Source of the DNA: a virus
Taxonomy: Duplodnaviria; Caudoviricetes
Reading direction: 5' to 3' (one strand)
Virus record (IMG/VR): IMGVR_UViG_3300044799_000048
Coordinates: 228-64,227 of that record
Length of the DNA stretch: 64,000 nucleotides
Of the stretch, positions 49,637 through 59,200 are shown in pieces. The first letter of the stretch is position 1. Each line of letters opens with the position of its first letter. The position numbers were made by a program, and so were the translations under genes. The notes under the pieces are model-generated. The model searched no databases and was not told the DNA's origin. It was given only the letters and a program-made list of their open reading frames with translations.

Positions 49637-50836
49637 TTAACTCAACCAGCGTTCTGTTTCAGATTCGGAGTCAATCTTCTCTTGAAGAAGTGCGAGGGCC
49701 GGCACCCACGATTCCATTACGACTTTATCCGCATCCCAATTTAGGGCGTGTTCGCGAGTCTCTACTTTCATCTGCTCCCACACCGAATTGGCATTCTCTT
49801 TTAGATAATATGCTTCAAGAATCTTATCGGCTAGTTGTTCATCACTCACAACCGCTTGATAGGAGTGGTCATCTGGACAAATTACACGACTCACTGGTTC
49901 GAGAAGCCAACCATAGGTAATCTCAGTCATCGCCGTGTAGTTGGTTGCAATAACCGGAACGCCACACGCATTCGCCTCAAGGATAGGAAGTCCAAACCCC
50001 TCACCGCCGCTTGGCAGAATGAGAATGTCCATTGCGTTGTAGAGTTGAGCCATCTCCTCGCGCTGGAACCCAAGATGAAAGTTCTTAGGGCTTGTCATCG
50101 AAACGAAGTCGGCAACCCCGTTCTGCGTAATGAGGAACTCAAGGTTCAGTCCAGTAGGTGTTACTTTCGGAGCATGGAGTAGGAGTTTAATTTCAGGAAT
50201 CTTATCTTTCAAAAGCGCAATGGCATGGAAGGCCCGCTCGATTCCCTTACGGTAGTCCATATTTGCCGCGACCATTCCCACGACAAACTTGCCATCAACA
50301 CCCAGATTCTTCTTGATGATGTCTTTGTCACATGGAGTTCCATCGGGAAGAACGGTAAGCGGTTTGAAAATATTCGTGTCAGTACAAAGCGGGACAACGG
50401 TTAGGTTGTGAAATCCCTTATCTTCAAGGGCTTTCTTGGCATCTTGACACCACGGCCACAACCAGTAGGCAGTCTTGATAGAACTCGCAACCCTAACAGA
50501 GAGTGGGTGGCGGTCAATCGGAAACCACGGAACCCACCTGACACCCTTGCGAATACCGAAGGATGCAGGGATAGGCCATGCATCCCAATGAGTGATAACA
50601 ATGTCGGGGTGAAGCATGTCGGTATAGAACTCAATCACCGAATCACAGGACTGATCGAAGTCAGACCGATGCCAGCAGTCGAAATTTTCCCAAGTAGCCT
50701 TGGCACCCTCGACCCCATAATTACAGAGAAAGGTAATTTTATGTCCCAATTCCCTAAGACGCGGGGCTACAAACGAAGGAGTGGTTGCGTAGGAGCCGCT
50801 ACTCCACGGCGAATTACACACTAAAAGCAGGTTCAT
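49637..50836 (-). CDS. Glycosyltransferase family 4 (GT-B fold)
   Basis: NSPW..GSY; AANMDYRKG; LYNAMDILILPSGGEGFGLPILEANACGVPVI. Confidence 0.92.
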   Translation of the reverse strand: MNLLLVCNSPWSSGSYATTPSFVAPRLRELGHKITFLCNYGVEGAKATWENFDCWHRSDFDQSCDSVIEFYTDMLHPDIVITHWDAWPIPASFGIRKGVRWVPWFPIDRHPLSVRVASSIKTAYWLWPWCQDAKKALEDKGFHNLTVVPLCTDTNIFKPLTVLPDGTPCDKDIIKKNLGVDGKFVVGMVAANMDYRKGIERAFHAIALLKDKIPEIKLLLHAPKVTPTGLNLEFLITQNGVADFVSMTSPKNFHLGFQREEMAQLYNAMDILILPSGGEGFGLPILEANACGVPVIATNYTAMTEITYGWLLEPVSRVICPDDHSYQAVVSDEQLADKILEAYYLKENANSVWEQMKVETREHALNWDADKVVMESWVPALALLQEKIDSESETERWLS

Positions 50837-50893
50837 ATTTATTCTCTTTCTCTATGTTTTTATTGGGAGGGACTTACGCCCCTCCCCGGTGTT

Positions 50894-51508
50894 TCAGTCA
50901 GAAACAGTCCACGTGAAGGCGACGAGCGCGTCCGAGATTGTAGTTCCGCCAGCATTGGTACTTTTCTTTGCCATGACCCAATCACCAGAAGCGAGTGTGC
51001 CACCAGTGATAGTACCCCACGACAATGGGGTCAATGCAAGCAATGTTCCAGCCGTTCCACTATTCACAGAGCAGATTGTTCCAGCGAGCGTGGTTCCGCC
51101 AGTGTACTTCGTCAGCATCAGTGTGTTGTTATCAGCGGCACCGCCAATAATCGCAGCACTGGACATGAAGTACGCAGCAGATACGACGCCAGCACCAGGA
51201 GCCTTGAAAACAGGACTCTCGATATTAGCAGCAACACTAGCATGAATCCACTTTGTTGCAACGGGATGCACCTTAGCAGCCGTAACTAGAAGCGCCGCAG
51301 TAATACTGCCAGCCAATTTAGCAGCAGTGATACTGCCGTTTGTAAGACCGCCGACGGGAATAAGTGTCCCATCAGGAGCGCCCGTATGAGTATGACCGTT
51401 GTCAAACGCAACCATCGCTACGAGGTTGGTGTAACCGGCCTTCATCCATTCGCCTACGCCTTGCTGTAGTCGTTTCGACCAAGTAGCAAGGGCCGTTGTG
51501 ATAGCCAT
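50894..51508 (-). CDS. Virion structural / decoration protein
   Basis: ATG 51508 with GGAGGT RBS; GHTHTG; GSITAAKL repeats; Thr/Gly-rich beta domain. Confidence 0.6.
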   Translation of the reverse strand: MAITTALATWSKRLQQGVGEWMKAGYTNLVAMVAFDNGHTHTGAPDGTLIPVGGLTNGSITAAKLAGSITAALLVTAAKVHPVATKWIHASVAANIESPVFKAPGAGVVSAAYFMSSAAIIGGAADNNTLMLTKYTGGTTLAGTICSVNSGTAGTLLALTPLSWGTITGGTLASGDWVMAKKSTNAGGTTISDALVAFTWTVSD

Positions 51509-51589
51509 TTGTACCTCCATGAGCGCGCGTTTCCACGCGCAATCGGTGATGAAGGGAGGACTTATCCAGTCCTCCCCCATTGAGTAAGT

Positions 51590-52120
51590 CTAGTACGTGT
51601 ATTCCAGTGTCAACATCATGACAGGAACCAACGTGCCAGAGGTCGCTGTGCTTCGGTTGAAGAACAGCGGATACGTAGCGGGAACAGTCCCCAGAGGAGT
51701 CACCGTACTGATGGAACCCATGCTCGTCTTAACGCCACCGACCAAGGTGCCGGCTGTACCAGTGTATGTGAACGGTGTCCCATAGGGAGTAACCGTTCCA
51801 GCAGTAGTACACGTCACTAGATCGTAAGCGTTGTACGACACGGCCGCACTAACGACGTTAGATGCAGCGGTGAGATAGGCGCCGGTCAGTACAATGGCCT
51901 TCGGTTTGACAAACAACGGAAGTCCAAGAACTCCCGCCGCGCCACTCGGAATGTAGAACTGTTCCGTGACCTTGTTGTTCGAGACTGTCTCCCCACCAGC
52001 TTCTAGGATTGCCTTGATTTCAGCGAGGTGTTGGTCAGCACAGACGTGCGGGCCAGTCCCACTGAATTCGTAGCCTAGAACCTTGGCGGTGATTGTCCCG
52101 GAGGTTGTGAAAGTTGCCAT
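51590..52120 (-). CDS. Capsid decoration-like protein, paralog B
   Basis: Downstream of the capsid gene; near-identical N-terminus to 52129-52662. Confidence 0.65.
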   Translation of the reverse strand: MATFTTSGTITAKVLGYEFSGTGPHVCADQHLAEIKAILEAGGETVSNNKVTEQFYIPSGAAGVLGLPLFVKPKAIVLTGAYLTAASNVVSAAVSYNAYDLVTCTTAGTVTPYGTPFTYTGTAGTLVGGVKTSMGSISTVTPLGTVPATYPLFFNRSTATSGTLVPVMMLTLEYTY

Positions 52121-52128
52121 GTTACCTC

Positions 52129-52662
52129 CTAGTAAGTGTACTCCAAAGTCAACAGGATGTTGGAGGTAGTTACGCCCGAACCAGCCGTACCCTTCTGATA
52201 AAACAGGGGATACGTCGCGGGAACGGTGCCCAATGGAGTCACTGTGTTCAACGAACCCATCGAGGTCTTTACCCCACCAACCAACGTGCCCGCAGTCCCG
52301 CCCGTATAAGAGAACGGTGTCCCATACGGCGTAACAGTTCCAGCCGTAGTGAACGTCACAAGACTGTGAGTGCAGTAGTTGTCAGCGTGCCCAACGATAT
52401 TGGCCGCGGCCGTGATGTAAGCGCCGGTCAACACGATAGCATGGGGTTTGACAAAGAGGGGTTGACCGATGTTAGCAGCAGCCTGGCCAAGAACGTAGAA
52501 CTGTTCAGTCACCTTGTTAGCCGAAACGGTTTCGCCACCGGCCTCCAAGATAGCCTTGATCTCAGCCATGTGCTGATCGCCACACACATGCGGCCCCGTG
52601 CCAGAAAACTCGTAACCAAGAATCTTAGCTGTGATCGTTCCAGAGGTAGTAAATGTAGCCAT
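52129..52662 (-). CDS. Capsid decoration-like protein, paralog A
   Basis: Immediately after the capsid stop; MATFTTSGTITAK.LGYEFSGTGPHVC. Confidence 0.65.
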   Translation of the reverse strand: MATFTTSGTITAKILGYEFSGTGPHVCGDQHMAEIKAILEAGGETVSANKVTEQFYVLGQAAANIGQPLFVKPHAIVLTGAYITAAANIVGHADNYCTHSLVTFTTAGTVTPYGTPFSYTGGTAGTLVGGVKTSMGSLNTVTPLGTVPATYPLFYQKGTAGSGVTTSNILLTLEYTY

Positions 52663-52673
52663 TATACCACCCC

Positions 52674-55308
52674 CTATCCCAGACTAACGCCGTGGCGAAT
52701 CGCAACCATGAAGTCCTGGTTGAGAATCTTTGCCACGAACGTAGTCTTCCAGCCGATGCTTCCGCGCTGATTCAAGGGATCCTCAGCGCCGCCGCCACCG
52801 ACCGGTTTGATAATCATCGACACGGGATTGACCTTCTTGCCAGTGCCAGACGAATCGCCGCCAGCCGTTGTAGCTGGAACCGACCCGAACATGTCACCAG
52901 CGAGACCGCCGATACCGTAGGCATTCTTGCCCAGGATCAACGTGGTCATCACACGTTCCGAAGATGTATTCGCCACAAGACCCAAGTCAGTCGCCCGACT
53001 CGACACGTACCAGTCAACTCCAAGCCACGTCGCAAACTTGTACGTCGCGAGAGGATTGTTCTTGCCAGGCTCGGTCGCATACAGGGCCGTGTTGATGAAT
53101 GTACTGTCCTGCATGAGGTCAAATTTTGTCTTCGGATGTATGATTCCCACGTAGTTCGCGCCCTGGATCGGACGCGCGTTGTTGGTTTCCAACGTAGACA
53201 ATGCTTCCATTACTTCAGCCGCCGTCAGCGTCATCGTTCCACGAAGTGTATCGTTCGTGGTGGCGGTGGAGGCGTACTGAATTGTGGTCGCCGCGGCTAG
53301 GATGGCGCGAGTCAGTTCGTCTACTGTTAAACCAGCCTGCTCCGACCTGTTACTTTCTAACCATCGTGATTTGACAAGATTTGAGTTCTATGATATACTT
53401 GGTGATAATACATTATGGAGGTGTTTCATGAACGTGTATGGGCGTCCAAGAAAGTGGCATATCCCCACGCGAGAACAATTGTATCAGGATTATCTTGTTG
53501 ATCGTCTGTCTATTGATGAACTAAGAGATAAGTGGGGTTGCTATGAAAGTTGGGTAAAGAAATTGGGAATTCCCCTTCGGGGGTATCCAGTGAAAGATGT
53601 ACAACGCAAACGATTTACACCCTCACAACTACAAATTGTGTATGGTGTCGTTCTTGGTGACGGTTATCTAAACATCCCCAAGGGATGTAGGTGGCCGCAA
53701 CTTTCCATAGAACACTCTGTATTACAAGAAGAGTATGTTATCTGGTTAAGAGAAAAACTCGAACCATTCTCTGGAAAGTTAGAACGATATGCCGCACGCC
53801 AAAATGTGTATAAAGGAAGAACCATCTTTGGTAAGGGGTCTGTTAGGTTTAGAACGTGTGCCCATCCGGAACTATTACCAATCTATGAAGAATGTTATCC
53901 GAATAAAGTACGTCATATTACCGCGGAACACTTAGAAAAGATGGATGCGCCGGCAGTTGCGGTTCTATTCATGGATGACGGATGTAATAGCGATCTAAAT
54001 AAGGGTATTTGTTTTTCAACCGGAGAACATCCTATTGAAGAACAACGTATCCTATCAGATTGGTTTCTTTCTCAGTGGGGCCTTGTTAATACTATTAGAC
54101 ACCAAAAAGAATGCGGGTATCGCATTACATTCTATGGGAAAAGTGCAAGGGGACTATTAAGTTTGATTGAGCCATACATAGCACCAAGTATGCTATACAA
54201 ATTACACGGTGGCGGGTAGTCAATTTCTGCTACCTCTTACAGTTCGTTTCCTGTAAGTCCAGATCATCGTTTCACCTTACGGTGTCTTCTCGCTTGATCG
54301 TTGCTGCTGCACGCTTTCGCTGCTTGCATCGGGTAACCATCACAGGCGTTCCCGTTATTCAGAGAAGATTTAGGCTCGGCAAATTAGTTTATTCGGCTAC
54401 CGAGCAACTCACTCTCCTCGGTCACAATAGGATCGATGGACAGTTTGTCGATCAGGTCACTGTGCTGAATCCACGCGCCGTACTGATCTACGGTAGCGGT
54501 GATCGCGGTCGGGCTGATACTCACGCCGATGGGGGTCACGCCTTCGGAAAGGGGCGTGGTCGCGACCGCGAGAGAACCAAACTTCAATCTGTTACTTTAG
54601 GATTTGCATATTCTCAAGAATTGTGTTATGATAGTCAATCAATGGAGGTGTTTATGGTTTCAGAAACTTATTTTGTCATAACGTGTAAAAACTGCGGACA
54701 CGAGGCCCACAAACCAATGGGTAGTTGGCACGATGCAGAAGTATCCGTAGAACGAGGCGGCTGGAAATTTGTCCGTGGTGCTAAATCCCTTACTGGTGAT
54801 TGGTATTGTACCAATTGTCTAAGGGAGGCGGATTCTGCTGAAGATTATGCCATTCGGTGTGGATGGATGAAACCGCCGCGCCCATCATTCTGGAAACGTA
54901 TCGGTGCAGTCTTTTTTGATTGAATATGCAAACGGGTAGCCATTTCTGCTACCTCTCCACCTTCAAATGTTATACGTGGAGTTCAGAGCACATCATCATC
55001 CTTACGGATGTCTCGTCTATGCTCGTTACGCACTTCCCTTTCGGGGTTGGTTCGGTATTGCCCACTCCTGGGTGTCCACCGAGTTAGCGAGATTTTCAGA
55101 TACCGTTTCCGGTATAGGCCGCTAGTTATTAACGGAAGTTAACTGTAAGACCCTGATGGTCGGGAATCTGGAAGGAGCGGCCCTTCTGACCGAACTGGGC
55201 ATGAACCAAGTTCGGAAGGGCACGTTCCAAGAGAGTCTTGTCATAAAACGCTGCTACCTGTTCGGCACTCCAGCCTGAAGCGCCATAGGTCTGTGTAGTT
55301 GTTGCCAT
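52674..55308 (-). CDS. Major capsid protein, N4-gp56-like; three exons 55308-55132, 54584-54399 and 53342-52674 (343 aa spliced)
   Basis: In-frame joins give ...YDKTLLERALPNLVHAQFGQ...TVNFR|KFGSLAVATTPLSEGVTP...QYG...SELLG|EQAGLTVDELTR...HP....DL...DPLNQRGSIGWK; exons of 177, 186 and 669 nt; GGAGG RBS; follows the scaffold gene. Confidence 0.92.
53371..53399 (+). promoter_or_regulatory. Antisense sigma70 promoter inside intron 2
   Basis: TTGACA-17 nt-TATACT with TGn extension; GGAGGTG RBS before ATG 53428. Confidence 0.8.
53428..54219 (+). CDS. LAGLIDADG homing endonuclease, antisense to its intron
   Basis: QIVYGVVLGDGYL and AVAVLFMDDG motifs; HTH-like N-terminus; 263 aa from the RBS-supported ATG. 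Confidence 0.9.
   Translation: MNVYGRPRKWHIPTREQLYQDYLVDRLSIDELRDKWGCYESWVKKLGIPLRGYPVKDVQRKRFTPSQLQIVYGVVLGDGYLNIPKGCRWPQLSIEHSVLQEEYVIWLREKLEPFSGKLERYAARQNVYKGRTIFGKGSVRFRTCAHPELLPIYEECYPNKVRHITAEHLEKMDAPAVAVLFMDDGCNSDLNKGICFSTGEHPIEEQRILSDWFLSQWGLVNTIRHQKECGYRITFYGKSARGLLSLIEPYIAPSMLYKLHGGG
54604..54632 (+). promoter_or_regulatory. Antisense sigma70 promoter inside intron 1
   Basis: TTGCAT-17 nt-TATGAT with TGn extension; GGAGGTG RBS before ATG 54654. Confidence 0.65.
54654..54923 (+). CDS. Small zinc-finger protein (89 aa), antisense cargo of intron 1
   Basis: CKNC...GW...WYCTNC; strong RBS; no LAGLIDADG, HNH or GIY-YIG motif visible. Confidence 0.75.
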   Translation: MVSETYFVITCKNCGHEAHKPMGSWHDAEVSVERGGWKFVRGAKSLTGDWYCTNCLREADSAEDYAIRCGWMKPPRPSFWKRIGAVFFD

Positions 55309-55317
55309 GAAATCCTC

Positions 55318-56013
55318 CTAGAGGTCAGAGGCAGGCAACCCCCCTTGTTTTCCACGTTGAATCACGAGGTCGCGTTCTTCGTGTGTCATACTGTCCCACT
55401 TTGCCATAATGCCAGAAGCGGGTGCCCCCTGTCTGTTAAGTGAAACCTTGGGGGCCTGCGGAGGTGCCTGCGTGCGTAGTCTGTTTGATTCGCGCATGTA
55501 TTCTGTAATGAACCGCCCCAACTCCTGCGGGCTTGAAGCGTGTGACTCTGCTTCTGCACGAGAGATACCGACGGACATGGCGGCCTGAATAGACCGCTGT
55601 TGTTCTTCGTATCCCCTGCGCTCAGCTTCCTGGGCCTGCATTCGCTGATTCAGTTGTGCAATTTCATTGTCGCGTTTCTGTAATTCGAGTTGAAAGTCGT
55701 ATGCCTTCTTCTGATCCGGCTCCATACCGGCCGTTTCAAGTTTGTACAACTTCTCCTTATCAGCAAGCATTTCCTGATTCATCTGCTGGATATAGGCGTT
55801 GTACTGTGCCTGAAGATCGGCTTGACGGCGCTGTTCAGAAGCGCGAACGGCGTCCAAGTCCTTACGCGGGACAAGCGGCTCATCGCTAGGCGTAACGGCG
55901 GGCGTCGGTTCTACAACCCCACCTCCCTGATCGGGCGTCGTCTCTACAACCGGTTCTTCTACTGGCGCTTCTACAACCCCGGGGGCACCTGCAACTGCAT
56001 TTGTATCTACCAT
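55318..56013 (-). CDS. Capsid scaffolding protein
   Basis: Acidic Pro-rich N-terminus and coiled coil; immediately upstream of the capsid gene. Confidence 0.7.
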   Translation of the reverse strand: MVDTNAVAGAPGVVEAPVEEPVVETTPDQGGGVVEPTPAVTPSDEPLVPRKDLDAVRASEQRRQADLQAQYNAYIQQMNQEMLADKEKLYKLETAGMEPDQKKAYDFQLELQKRDNEIAQLNQRMQAQEAERRGYEEQQRSIQAAMSVGISRAEAESHASSPQELGRFITEYMRESNRLRTQAPPQAPKVSLNRQGAPASGIMAKWDSMTHEERDLVIQRGKQGGLPASDL

Positions 56014-56028
56014 TGTATTGTTCTCCTT

Positions 56029-56232
56029 CTATCTCTTCGTACTTAGTTCTGCCAACTTACTGTTCAGATAGGGCATGTCAAGTTTCAATGTCTCGCGAAA
56101 CTCAACTAGGCCAATTGCCTTGCCCTCTTCGATTCTAATCGAGCAGTTTCCATACCAAATATCCGACAAACGAGAAACTTCATTGAGAACCGCTGCCCAT
56201 TGCAGAAGCTTCTTTTCATCCATTGCGTCCAT
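56029..56232 (-). CDS. Small DUF2292-like protein
   Basis: YGNCSIRIEEGK...ETLKL; GAGGA RBS. Confidence 0.45.
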   Translation of the reverse strand: MDAMDEKKLLQWAAVLNEVSRLSDIWYGNCSIRIEEGKAIGLVEFRETLKLDMPYLNSKLAELSTKR

Positions 56233-56253
56233 ATTTTATCCTCTTCTTTAGAT

Positions 56254-59200
56254 TTATTGCCATCCCTGAGAATAGGAACGGCCATGTGATACGTAAGGCG
56301 CCGCTGCTTTCGTTAGTGCCACTGTTGCCGCCGGGTCCTTGCCCCATCCGAGTTTACTTATCTCTGGGTTTGCGGCTTGAAATGCATGTAAGTAATCCCA
56401 ATAACTCTTCAGGTTCTTCGAAGCCGTGACTGGTTTACCTGCATCCTTCAGATCGTAATATCTCGTCTGTTCATCGTAGATATTCTTACCAAACTTGACG
56501 GGGACGGATGTCATAAAATCGGCATACTTCTTGGCGATCTCCGGTGTGACTTGTTCTAGTTGTGTCTTTCCAGGACGGAAGGTCGGCACGCCTTCTTTGA
56601 ATGCCGGGGGCATGGGAGGACCGCCAGGCTCTCCTGTCGCGAGTGTTGGTAGTTCTACTCCAATCGCATCGGCCAGTTTTGCGAGTTGTTCTGTAGTCGC
56701 AGTTCCAGCGTAGAAGGCTTTCATCTCATCGGGATATGCGGTTGCAATTTGTTTGCGATCCAATGTAGGAAGATCATAGAGTGCGCTCGTGAGATAGGCA
56801 GAGTAACGTTCGCCAGGTAATTTGCCGATTTGGTTTTTTACATAGTCCTCGTGCATTTTCCACCAGTTTGAAATCGCAGTCTTGTCGCCCGCTTCATAGA
56901 GTTTGCCTATCTCAACCATCAACTTACGCTGGTTTTCTTCGCCCGTCGGATAGATTTTCTGACGCCCGGGAAGTAACATTCCAACACCAGACTCGGCACG
57001 CGACCTTGCAACGGCCAAGTCCCATGCCGGTCCTGCGTGTTCGAGAAGGGCCTTGCTTCCAATAGCAGCGGTGATCGTTCCATCCCCTACCATGTTACTA
57101 ACCATACGTTCTGTCAGGTAAGTGTCGAACTCACCACCAAGTGGAAGGTTCGTTCCGAGTGTCCTATTAGCAACACCACGTAACGCACCGCTAACATCTA
57201 CGCCTTGTTTACCTGTTACAAGCGCAGAGACGTTCCTTAAGAAACCCGCCCCTGGAATTATTGGTGGCTGCGGTTTCCCCTGCACCAAGTTAGATACAAG
57301 TTGCACCCACAACGGAACACTTGTAAGAACTCCCATGTAGTCCATCATGTCACGGCCAGACGCTTCCTTGAGGGCCGTGCGAATCTCTGCAATCTGTTCA
57401 GGGGTTCCGCCGTTCTTAGTGGCGTTGTCTAGTTTACTCTGTAGGGACTGTTGTGTCGTCTGATAGAAGAGGTTGTTGATTCCATACAGGAAGTTTTCAA
57501 GAGGAAGTCCACTTGTCGTCAGTGGATCAACGAATACATCCCCCATCCAGTCAGGAAGGAATGGCATTTCAAGTTTAATCATTCCCTTTAGACGAGCGGG
57601 GAACGACGCATCACTCTCCGTTTTGTAGAGGTCGTTACGCATTCTCGCATACTGTGTAGCAAGGGCAGGCGTTTCAAGGAACTTCCTACCCCAGTTTCGA
57701 AGACTACTTGTAAACCAGAACTCATACGGCATGAAGTAACCAAGTACCGTGTTGAGACCGTACCTATTGTCATAGTTCAACATGGCCTGGTCGCGATACC
57801 ACTCACCTACCTTTGTCGCAGCGAGTTTCGTTTCGTCCTGTTCGCTTGCAACTTTCTTGAGCCACGCGGTCAACATGTCTCGCGTTGCTTTTTGTTCCGC
57901 CGCGCCAAGTTGTGTGAAGTTGCCAGGTTTACCGATGTCGAACTGTAACCCATCTGCAAGTGCAGCAAGCACCTTCTGAATGCTACTGACTGCGTTGGAG
58001 TTGATGTCTAGTACGTCAGGAAATGCGCCAGACAGGTCTGTGACAACAGGAGCAGCTGCTTGTGCTACGGGTTTGACTGCACCAGTAACTACTTGTGCGA
58101 TTGGGGTCGCGGCTTGTGCAACAGCAGGAGCGACTTCTTCTGGCTGAATCAAACTACTAATTGCACTGGCATCTTTACGTAGAGAGATCGGCGTCAGTTC
58201 GGGGATAATGTTAGGATTTACTTTGTTTAACTTACGTAGACCGACATAATCCTTGCCGGCTTTCTCAAGCGCATCAACTAGGTTCGCGTCTGCCAGCCAT
58301 CCCGTCGCCATCTGCATAAACGGGTATTCTTCTGGTTGCGCCGCCATGTCTTCTACGACCTTGCGTACATCTCTATACTTCTTGCGTAGATCGCCTTCTG
58401 GAGTAAAGAATTTCTGGAACTCCTTACTATTCATCACGCCGCGCCCCTGTCTTACATCACGTTGTGCGGCGGGAAGAAGTCCTGCATTGGCATTCCCAAG
58501 AATCGCATCTTTGATTGCCTGCACGTTACTTGTATCTACTCCCGCTAAATTATGGGCTTCGATTAGTTTGTCAGGATCAATCGCTCCGATTTGTTTTATG
58601 TAATCGTTTACAAGTTGATTAGCAAGTTCAGGACTCATATTCTTAGGGAGTTCAGGGACGGTCTTCCCAGTTACCCCTGTTAGAACCTTGCGATAGTTTT
58701 CTACTACGTCGCGTTCCATATCTGCAACGATGGTACTTGGTTTTGCTGAAACCCTTGCGGCACGTGCAGTTTTATCGGCGATAACTCTTTCGGCAGCGGC
58801 ATACACATCTGGATCACTAAAGTCTATCTTACTCTTTTTGGTGATCTTCCTAAGAATACTAATGCCGCCGTCTTTTGCTCCCGTTACTCTTGCAAGTTCC
58901 GTCCCAATCTTGGCGATTTCTTCTGGCGTCTTCGGAATTGTGGGTATCGCCGCTTTTATCTCGGCGGGGACAAGCGCCGCAATCTCTTGCATCTTGGATT
59001 TACTTGCAGCGTGGTATAAAGCTTGGTGATCTTGTCTGACTTTATCAAGAGAACGAAGAGCCGCTTCTCGTTTATCTCCAAACGCCATCACGTTAATTGC
59101 CTTGTGGCCCTCAGAAAGAATCTCGGCATCTTTATCGTGCCAAGTCTTACGCATTCCCATAAAGTCATCAATCAAAGTCTTAGCAGAAGGATTGTTCTTT

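Larger units (their letters stand above)
53343..54398 (-). ncRNA. Group I intron 2 of the capsid gene (1056 nt)
   Basis: P1 CUCGGU/GCCGAG with U-G at the splice site; P3 UCUUCUC/GAGAAGA; P7 GAUCA/UGAUC; P8 CACC-GUAA-GGUG; P9 helices; terminal G. Confidence 0.9.
54585..55131 (-). ncRNA. Group I intron 1 of the capsid gene (547 nt)
   Basis: P1 CCGU/GCGG; P2 UACCG-GAAA-CGGUA; P3 UCUCG/CGAGA; P4 UCGGU/ACCGA; P7 GAGCAU/GUGCUC; P8 CAUCC-GUAA-GGAUG; ends AAAGUAACAGAUUG. Confidence 0.9.

Noticed and set aside
54282-54653. N-terminal extension of the 213-aa plus-strand ORF (likewise 53284-53427 for the endonuclease)
   Set aside because: These overlap capsid exons and intron cores in antisense; promoters and RBSs point to ATG 54654 and ATG 53428
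52674-55308. Capsid gene as a pseudogene, intein-containing or frameshifted gene
   Set aside because: The interruptions contain stops and complete group I helices, and their removal restores the frame exactly
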